DNA of 12,040 bases from a virus (Duplodnaviria > Heunggongvirae > Uroviricota > Caudoviricetes): the IMG/VR virus record IMGVR_UViG_3300035188_001315; one strand, given 5' to 3'. How positions within the stretch are numbered: position 1 is the stretch's first letter; every line of letters starts with the position of its first letter. Shown here one piece after another: positions 6,602-12,040 of the stretch. A program made the position numbers and the translations under genes. Below the pieces are notes generated by a model. It saw only the letters and a program-made list of their open reading frames with translations, did no database searches and was not told the origin of the DNA.

Positions 6602-8587
6602 ATGAGTAAATTTTTAGAATTACAATCTTTAGTGTTAGAACATGCAAAAAAATTACAACAACACCAATTATTTAGAGTAGAATTACCAGAAGATATTTTT
6701 GATATTTATCTAAACTGTTTTGATGATGTGACTGTAAGAAATGAGCATAATTGTAACTGTTGTAGACAATTTTTAAGAAATTATGGTAATTTAGTTGCAG
6801 TTAAAGATGGAAAAGTATTAACATTATGGGATTTTGAAATTGATGGGATTTTTAACAATGTTCCACTTGCATTAAAAAAATTGGTACATAGTGGTCAAAT
6901 TTCATCAGCATTCGTAACTAAATTTAACCGAGTTGGCGTTGAACATAACTTTAGTTCAAATACTGAGGGAAAACAACTCAAACATTCCCATTTTTTCTTT
7001 GATGTTAAAGGAAAAAATTATGTGAATGATTATGTAGATTCACGAATTGGTGAGTTAAACACAACAAAAAATATGTTGCGTCGTGCGTTAGATGAACTAA
7101 CCTTAGATTCGTTTGAAACGGTTTTGGGTTTAATTGAAACAAATTCATTATATCGAGGAACAGAATTCAAAAAAGGAATTAACGATTTCGCAAATATTAA
7201 AAGATTATATAATAGTTTAGTTTCTGATAACGAAAAAGACTTGTTTGTTTGTGAACATATTGATTTTCAAGCATCGAGAATTAGAAATACGGCAATTGGT
7301 ACGTTATTGATTGATTTATCAGATGGTCGTGATTTAGAAAGTGCTGTTAACGCTTATGAACGTGTAGTCGCACCAAGCAACTATAAAAGACCAACTGCGT
7401 TAGTAACACAGAAAATGGTAGATCAAGCTAAAAATAAAGTTCGGGAATTAGGTTTAGAAGATTCGTTAAAAAGACGATACGCTAAAAATACGGATATTTC
7501 CATCAACAATGTTTTATATGTGGATAGAAATAAACCAGGCGAAAGTGATTTATTTGAATCTGTTGCAAGTGACATACCAGTCGATGCTAAAAAATTAAAA
7601 ATCAATAATGAAATCAGTATTGATACCTTTTTAAAAGACATCGTACCGACAGCAAATAGTGTAGAGTTGTTATTAGAAGACAGATTGAAAAATAATTTTG
7701 TAACTTTGATTGCCCCTGCAGTAGATGATGCAAAATCATTATTTGCATGGGACAATAATTTCAGTTGGAGTTACGCTGAAGGTATGGCGGATTCAATGAA
7801 GCAAAAAGTTAAAAATGCTGGAGGTACAGTTGACGGCGAATTGCGTATATCATTAGAATGGTTTAACTTTGATGATTTGGATCTTCACGTAATTGAACCA
7901 GATGGGTTTAAAATTCATCACAGCACTAAAAAATCTAAGGTTACTGGTGGACAATTGGATGTTGATATGAATATCAGTCCAGAAACACGAAACGCTGTAG
8001 AAAATGTTATATATCCAAGCAAAAATAAAATGTTGGATGGGGATTATGTGGTATTGGTCAAAAATTATACAAAACGAGAAACCGTAGATGTAGGATTTAC
8101 TATTGAGCTTGAGCATGAAGGTAATGTACGTGTATATGAATCAAACCAATCACCAAATAATCAAGCACATTTTGAAGTAGTAAAATTTAATTACTCAAAA
8201 CAAAATGGAGTAACAATTATTTCAAGTATTTCTGGTGGTGTGGATAACACTAAATCAAATACGGTTTATAATATTGGTACTAATAAATTTCATAAGGTTA
8301 ATACAGTTATGTTATCACCTAATTATTGGACTAATACCAGTGGCAATAAACACTTTTTCTTCATGCTGGATGGTACAAAAACAGATTCACCACCACGAGG
8401 AATATTCAATGAATTTTTAAAACCTGAATTGAATGAACATCGCAAGGTTTTTGAGATGTTGGGTAACAAAATTGTTGTTCCGGAAAGTGATGAACAGTTG
8501 AATGGTATTGGGTTTAGTGAAACTATTCAGAACAACGCGGTTGTTAGAGTTGATGGTAAATTATTTAAAATAAATTTTGGAGTTTAA
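6602..8587 (+). CDS. Large conserved hypothetical protein (661 aa): N-terminal HNCNCC/HxH putative metal site, C-terminal YfaP/DUF2135-like beta domain
   Basis: Long uninterrupted ORF. HNCNCC at 6746-6763 and HSH at 6983-6991. LRISLEWFNFDDLDLHVIEPDG...GGQLDVDMN...AVENV at ~7835-8070 fits the YfaP-like DLDLHV.EP.G signature. Confidence 0.85.
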   Translation: MSKFLELQSLVLEHAKKLQQHQLFRVELPEDIFDIYLNCFDDVTVRNEHNCNCCRQFLRNYGNLVAVKDGKVLTLWDFEIDGIFNNVPLALKKLVHSGQISSAFVTKFNRVGVEHNFSSNTEGKQLKHSHFFFDVKGKNYVNDYVDSRIGELNTTKNMLRRALDELTLDSFETVLGLIETNSLYRGTEFKKGINDFANIKRLYNSLVSDNEKDLFVCEHIDFQASRIRNTAIGTLLIDLSDGRDLESAVNAYERVVAPSNYKRPTALVTQKMVDQAKNKVRELGLEDSLKRRYAKNTDISINNVLYVDRNKPGESDLFESVASDIPVDAKKLKINNEISIDTFLKDIVPTANSVELLLEDRLKNNFVTLIAPAVDDAKSLFAWDNNFSWSYAEGMADSMKQKVKNAGGTVDGELRISLEWFNFDDLDLHVIEPDGFKIHHSTKKSKVTGGQLDVDMNISPETRNAVENVIYPSKNKMLDGDYVVLVKNYTKRETVDVGFTIELEHEGNVRVYESNQSPNNQAHFEVVKFNYSKQNGVTIISSISGGVDNTKSNTVYNIGTNKFHKVNTVMLSPNYWTNTSGNKHFFFMLDGTKTDSPPRGIFNEFLKPELNEHRKVFEMLGNKIVVPESDEQLNGIGFSETIQNNAVVRVDGKLFKINFGV

Positions 8588-8589
8588 CA

Positions 8590-8988
8590 ATGTTTGAATT
8601 AGCGAGTAAAATTAAATTGCGGTTTCAATACAAAGGTATTATTGGTGTTGAAGATTTATGGGATTTACAATTAATCGATTTAAATGAGATTGCGAAAAAA
8701 GTAAATCGACAGTTAAAAAATTTAGATGATGAGGATTTTATTTCCGGTGATGTTAAAGTTACCAAAGAAAAAGAAAATCTTCAGTTGCAGTTGGATATTT
8801 TGAAACATATAATTGCAATTAAAATTGAGGATCGTGAACTAAAATTAAAAGCTAGAGAACGATTAGAAAAAAGAAAACATTTACAGGAACTAATTTATGA
8901 TAAACAAAATAAAGAATTAAGTGAAAAATCTTTAGATGAATTAGTAAAAATGTTGAATGAAGTTGACGAAAATTTAATCAACTCATAG
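8590..8988 (+). CDS. Conserved hypothetical coiled-coil protein (132 aa; MFE.AS+.KLRF.YKG.I.VEDLWDL family)
   Basis: GGAG RBS at 8579-8582 inside the upstream gene, 2-nt gap. Charged heptad-rich C-terminal half. Confidence 0.85.
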   Translation: MFELASKIKLRFQYKGIIGVEDLWDLQLIDLNEIAKKVNRQLKNLDDEDFISGDVKVTKEKENLQLQLDILKHIIAIKIEDRELKLKARERLEKRKHLQELIYDKQNKELSEKSLDELVKMLNEVDENLINS

Positions 8989-8996
8989 TGGAGTTT

Positions 8997-9033
8997 TGGA
9001 TTGGAAAGACTGGTTGTTAGTCTTTCCAATCCA
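8997..9033. terminator. 15-bp perfect hairpin between convergent genes (probable bidirectional terminator)
   Basis: TGGATTGGAAAGACT (8997-9011) / AGTCTTTCCAATCCA (9019-9033), 7-nt centre GGTTGTT. Confidence 0.8.
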
Positions 9034-9059
9034 TACTATATCATTTCTCCAAAATAAGT

Positions 9060-10292
9060 TTACATGTGATATAACTTATTCAAATAAAATTTTGAAAACT
9101 CGGATGGTATATTTTTTGATGTATCAATTCTAGGTTCTCTACCATCTTTAAATATATTTTCAAGATAAAAATACAAATCTTTAGAATCCTCACAAATTAC
9201 AGTTTTTTTAATAAAATCAACTAACTGATAATTGTTGTTTATCATTACCTGCGGACTTGATGTAATGCCTATATTTCCAAAATTTAAGAAAAAATTTTGT
9301 TTTTTGTATTTAAATTCGGGAACTTTAAATGTTAATGGTCGAAGTAAAGTATGTATTTTCAATTCATAATTAGTATCATCCTTAGTATTTTTATTGTTAG
9401 TGGTTTTGATAACATTTTTTTCAATAATACCATTTTCAAAAATATCATTTATGGATTGCATACTATATAAAAACTTTCGATTTGAAATTTTTTTGAAATC
9501 TACCTGATTGTTTTTTCTCCAATTTGCTAATGTTTGGTCAGAAATACGTAATTTTTTCATAACTTCGGGTGCTGTAAGATATTCATGCTTATCACCATCA
9601 TTCAAAACATCAACCCCACCCATATATTTTATTTTACCATTTCCATTGTGCATACTCACAACATCTTTCCACACCATCAATAATAGTTTCTGTTCAAAAA
9701 GTTTAATAACCTCGTCAAAATGTGACTTAACAACTATCATTTTATCAGTCTCAGACACAATTATTTCCATCAAATCATACTTGAATCCATAAAAAACAGC
9801 TGCAGCTTCATCAAAATTAGCATAGGTTTGTTTAAAAGATTTATTTTTATTAAATTTTCCATCAATTCTATCTAATGAAATAACAATCTCATCATCACCA
9901 ATATTCATATAAACGTCATATCTATTTTCAACGTGAACATCGGTTTTGGTGATTTTTTGACACATATTTTCTTCTATGTTGACAATATCAACACCATAAA
10001 CTACTTTTATACCATATTGGGTGTTATAATTGCTACTGATGTATGCAACTAAATCTTTATAAACCTGTTCATCAATTTTTCCTCTAACTATGTGTAGGTA
10101 AAATCTCTCGTTAATTGCATTTAAAATTGTATCTAATATTTTAGAGTCACCAAAAATGACAACAGATTTTAAGTATTCAATTTTACTTACATTATTAGCA
10201 TCCATGGTTTTTATATAGTCATCAACTTCATTAAAGGTGTCAAACATATCAAAATACACTTTTCCACCAATTTTTAAAAAAATCAAACACAT
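9060..10292 (-). CDS. 410-aa protein with internal MerR/excisionase-like helix-turn-helix (putative DNA-binding regulator)
   Basis: ATG with GAGGT RBS (10300-10304, minus strand). Residues ~237-286 YLTAPEVMKKLRISDQTLANWRKNNQVDFKKISNRKFLYSMQSI match the HTH_17/MerR-like pattern. Confidence 0.8.
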   Translation of the reverse strand: MCLIFLKIGGKVYFDMFDTFNEVDDYIKTMDANNVSKIEYLKSVVIFGDSKILDTILNAINERFYLHIVRGKIDEQVYKDLVAYISSNYNTQYGIKVVYGVDIVNIEENMCQKITKTDVHVENRYDVYMNIGDDEIVISLDRIDGKFNKNKSFKQTYANFDEAAAVFYGFKYDLMEIIVSETDKMIVVKSHFDEVIKLFEQKLLLMVWKDVVSMHNGNGKIKYMGGVDVLNDGDKHEYLTAPEVMKKLRISDQTLANWRKNNQVDFKKISNRKFLYSMQSINDIFENGIIEKNVIKTTNNKNTKDDTNYELKIHTLLRPLTFKVPEFKYKKQNFFLNFGNIGITSSPQVMINNNYQLVDFIKKTVICEDSKDLYFYLENIFKDGREPRIDTSKNIPSEFSKFYLNKLYHM

Positions 10293-10362
10293 TTATAATA
10301 CCTCTTACTCAAAATAATATATTTATAATCGATAAAAAAGTTTTTTGGTTTATTTGGGTTAT

Positions 10363-10400
10363 TTGATTTATTATAATAAATTTGGTATAATTGTTATAAT
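10363..10400 (+). promoter_or_regulatory. Strong sigma70-type promoter in the divergent intergenic region
   Basis: TTGATT (10363-10368), 17-bp spacer, TATAAT (10386-10391) with TG extension. A second TGTTATAAT follows at 10392-10400. Confidence 0.65.
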
Positions 10401-10433
10401 AATAGATTAATTCACAACTTTTTGGAGTTAAAT

Positions 10434-10835
10434 ATGAGAGTCGAAATACAAGATACATGGTTTAGTGTTGATGAATGTGACAATAATCCAACAAAACTCT
10501 TTGTATTTGGTGATAATTTAGAAAGAATTGGTACTGGTGGTCAAGCAATCATACGAAATTGCAGTAATTCAATTGGTATCGCCACAAAGAAAAAACCATC
10601 AATGCAGGATGACTCCTTTTTCCACGATAAACCCAGTGAAGCAATAAAAATTCTAAATGATATACAGCGATTAATAGTGGTATCATCGGATTATGAGGTA
10701 GTGGTGTTTCCTGCAGATGGTCTAGGTACAGGTTTATCAAAAATGCAAATTTTTTCACCAAAACTGTGTAATTGGTTACATAATACATTATCGGTAATTT
10801 TTAATATCGATTATACACCAAAAAATGAAAAATGA
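10434..10835 (+). CDS. Divergent Macro-domain-like phage protein (133 aa; putative ADP-ribose binding/hydrolase)
   Basis: Start moved to ATG 10434 (GGAG at 10424-10427). FVFGDNLERIGTGGQAII and VVFPADGLGTGL correspond to the Macro loops N-x(5-6)-GGG and P-x-[IL]-[GS]-TG. Family widespread in phages; the Macro link is an inference. Confidence 0.6.
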   Translation: MRVEIQDTWFSVDECDNNPTKLFVFGDNLERIGTGGQAIIRNCSNSIGIATKKKPSMQDDSFFHDKPSEAIKILNDIQRLIVVSSDYEVVVFPADGLGTGLSKMQIFSPKLCNWLHNTLSVIFNIDYTPKNEK

Positions 10836-10847
10836 TATGTGAAAGGT

Positions 10848-10897
10848 AATAATTAAGAAAGTATAACTTGAATAGGTGTTATACCTTCTTAATTATT
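10848..10897. terminator. 20-bp hairpin (one mismatch) between convergent genes (probable bidirectional terminator)
   Basis: AATAATTAAGAAAGTATAAC (10848-10867) / GTTATACCTTCTTAATTATT (10878-10897), 10-nt loop, T-run following on the + strand. Confidence 0.75.
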
Positions 10898-10904
10898 TTT
10901 AGAT

Positions 10905-11771
10905 TCACCCCAGTAATAGATCTAGAGTTTGTGGTCCGGCAATTCCATCTACAATAAGTTTATGATCCTTTTGCCATTTTTTTAATACGGTTTCTGTATT
11001 TACACCAAAAATTCCATCAGCCGAAACACCTAATTTCTTCTGAATAATTTTAACACCATCCCCCCTAGATCCACGTCTTAAAGTTTGAGAAACATTATCA
11101 TCGAGTTCATCATCATCTAATTCAACACCATCATCGGCTTTTATAAATGAATTATTTCCCAACAATTTTAGAGTGCAGTTGTAACACGAAATTCTATCAT
11201 TTAAACCGTTGTAACCACCATTTATTTTTTTTGTCATCCCACGCAAGTCATTTTTATCTGCAAAATCATTTAGTTTATGTTTGTTCCAGAACCAAATAGC
11301 AGATAAAATGGATATTTTCTTATCAGTTGCAACTAAATCTGGGTTTTTTACTACATCGATACCAGTATCATTTGAAAATGAAACATAATTTTGCTTTCCA
11401 GTTAATTGTATTGGACCACGTCCTCTATATTTCCAACCATCTCCACTAGAAACATCACCATTTCCCATTCTATTTGCATATACAACATTTGCAATTTTTT
11501 CGGGTTTTTTTGCATATTCTGTGGAATTTCTTCCTGCATTTTTGAAATACTTTCCAAAAATAGCATCCAACCCAGTAGCACTATAATTTAAATTTTCACT
11601 AAAAACCTTCCATCCACCGGATTCATGTCCACATTGGGCGATAAATGACGCTATTCGGTTTGGTGTATTGATGTCATACTTAGGTAAAACCTCATTTAAT
11701 GCCTCTACTAATGAATTTGAGGCAGTACCACATGATGGAAACAGTTGATTAAATTGTTGTGTTGTTATCAT
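10905..11771 (-). CDS. Endolysin: glycoside hydrolase family 19 domain plus C-terminal peptidoglycan-binding domain (PG_binding_1)
   Basis: FIAQCGHESGG (catalytic E50), ENLNYS, GDGWKYRGRGPIQLTG.NY, SAIWFW, TKKINGG.NGL.DR. C-terminal LRRGSRGDGVK.IQ..LG...DG.FG..TE...K.WQ....L.VDGIAGP.T. GAGGAG RBS. Confidence 0.95.
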   Translation of the reverse strand: MITTQQFNQLFPSCGTASNSLVEALNEVLPKYDINTPNRIASFIAQCGHESGGWKVFSENLNYSATGLDAIFGKYFKNAGRNSTEYAKKPEKIANVVYANRMGNGDVSSGDGWKYRGRGPIQLTGKQNYVSFSNDTGIDVVKNPDLVATDKKISILSAIWFWNKHKLNDFADKNDLRGMTKKINGGYNGLNDRISCYNCTLKLLGNNSFIKADDGVELDDDELDDNVSQTLRRGSRGDGVKIIQKKLGVSADGIFGVNTETVLKKWQKDHKLIVDGIAGPQTLDLLLG

Positions 11772-12040
11772 TATTAACTCCTCTATTGTTACCTTTAATT
11801 AAATTATGTTGTTTCTTTACTTCTTTTATATGATGTATCTGTAATGTTATTTTGTTTACATAATTAATGAGAATTTTAAAATTTTCATCAAAGGTTTTGT
11901 CTTTTATTGCATTATTCAGTTCCTTTATTTCTCGTGATAAATTAAATAAAGGTGATGATATAGTATGCTGTAAGTGATTGATATAAAAAATCAAATTATC
12001 ATTTCCGATGGTAAGTTTATTATTGTTTTCCTTTAGATTT
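11749..12040 (-). CDS. 3' part of a hypothetical protein entering from beyond the window
   Basis: The frame of the 11749..11994 ORF stays open to the window edge (...NLKENNNKLTIGNDN-LIFYINHL...), so the TTG at 11994 is probably not the start. Overlaps the endolysin start by 23 nt. Confidence 0.6.
   Translation of the reverse strand, partial: NLKENNNKLTIGNDNLIFYINHLQHTISSPLFNLSREIKELNNAIKDKTFDENFKILINYVNKITLQIHHIKEVKKQHNLIKGNNRGVNNDNNTTI

Noticed and set aside
7423-8420. ORFs 7423-7755 (-), 7853-8116 (-), 8235-8420 (+)
   Set aside because: Nested in the 661-aa gene, antisense or off-frame, without supporting signals.
9060-9584. IS607-type transposase (MerR HTH plus serine recombinase)
   Set aside because: The HTH is similar, but no YARVS serine-recombinase motif follows and there is no tnpB or IS ends.
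9508-11591. ORFs 9508-9792 (+), 10549-10788 (-), 11406-11591 (+)
   Set aside because: Antisense shadows of the HTH, Macro-like and endolysin genes.
1-12040. Stop-codon reassignment (seen in some jumbo phages)
   Set aside because: Long ORFs are intact in code 11, and TAA, TAG and TGA all end genes right before new RBS/start sites.

Overview
AT-rich (about 27-30% GC by eye), gene-dense 12 kb segment that most resembles the accessory region of a large lytic phage, probably a jumbo myovirus of a Gram-negative host. It uses the standard genetic code with SD-type RBSs and sigma70-like promoters. No tRNA, rRNA, CRISPR, integrase or transposase was found. The + strand (1-8988) carries a run of small genes: hypotheticals, an apparent orphan RnlB/LsoB-like antitoxin with an N-terminal extension, two lipoproteins, an unannotated 48-aa two-TM peptide, a tandem-T-fold QueD-like enzyme, two paralogous CX5R (PTP/DSP) phosphatases, and a 661-aa plus 132-aa gene pair bracketed by hairpins. 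After a convergent hairpin come a minus-strand 410-aa protein with an internal MerR/Xis-like HTH, a divergently transcribed Macro-like protein, a second convergent hairpin, and a GH19 endolysin with a C-terminal peptidoglycan-binding domain. The best leads are the antitoxin-like gene without a toxin, the Macro-like protein, the phosphatase pair and the uncharacterised two-gene module, which together suggest a counter-defence/host-takeover region. All family assignments come from motif recognition and recalled family consensus; no search was run.
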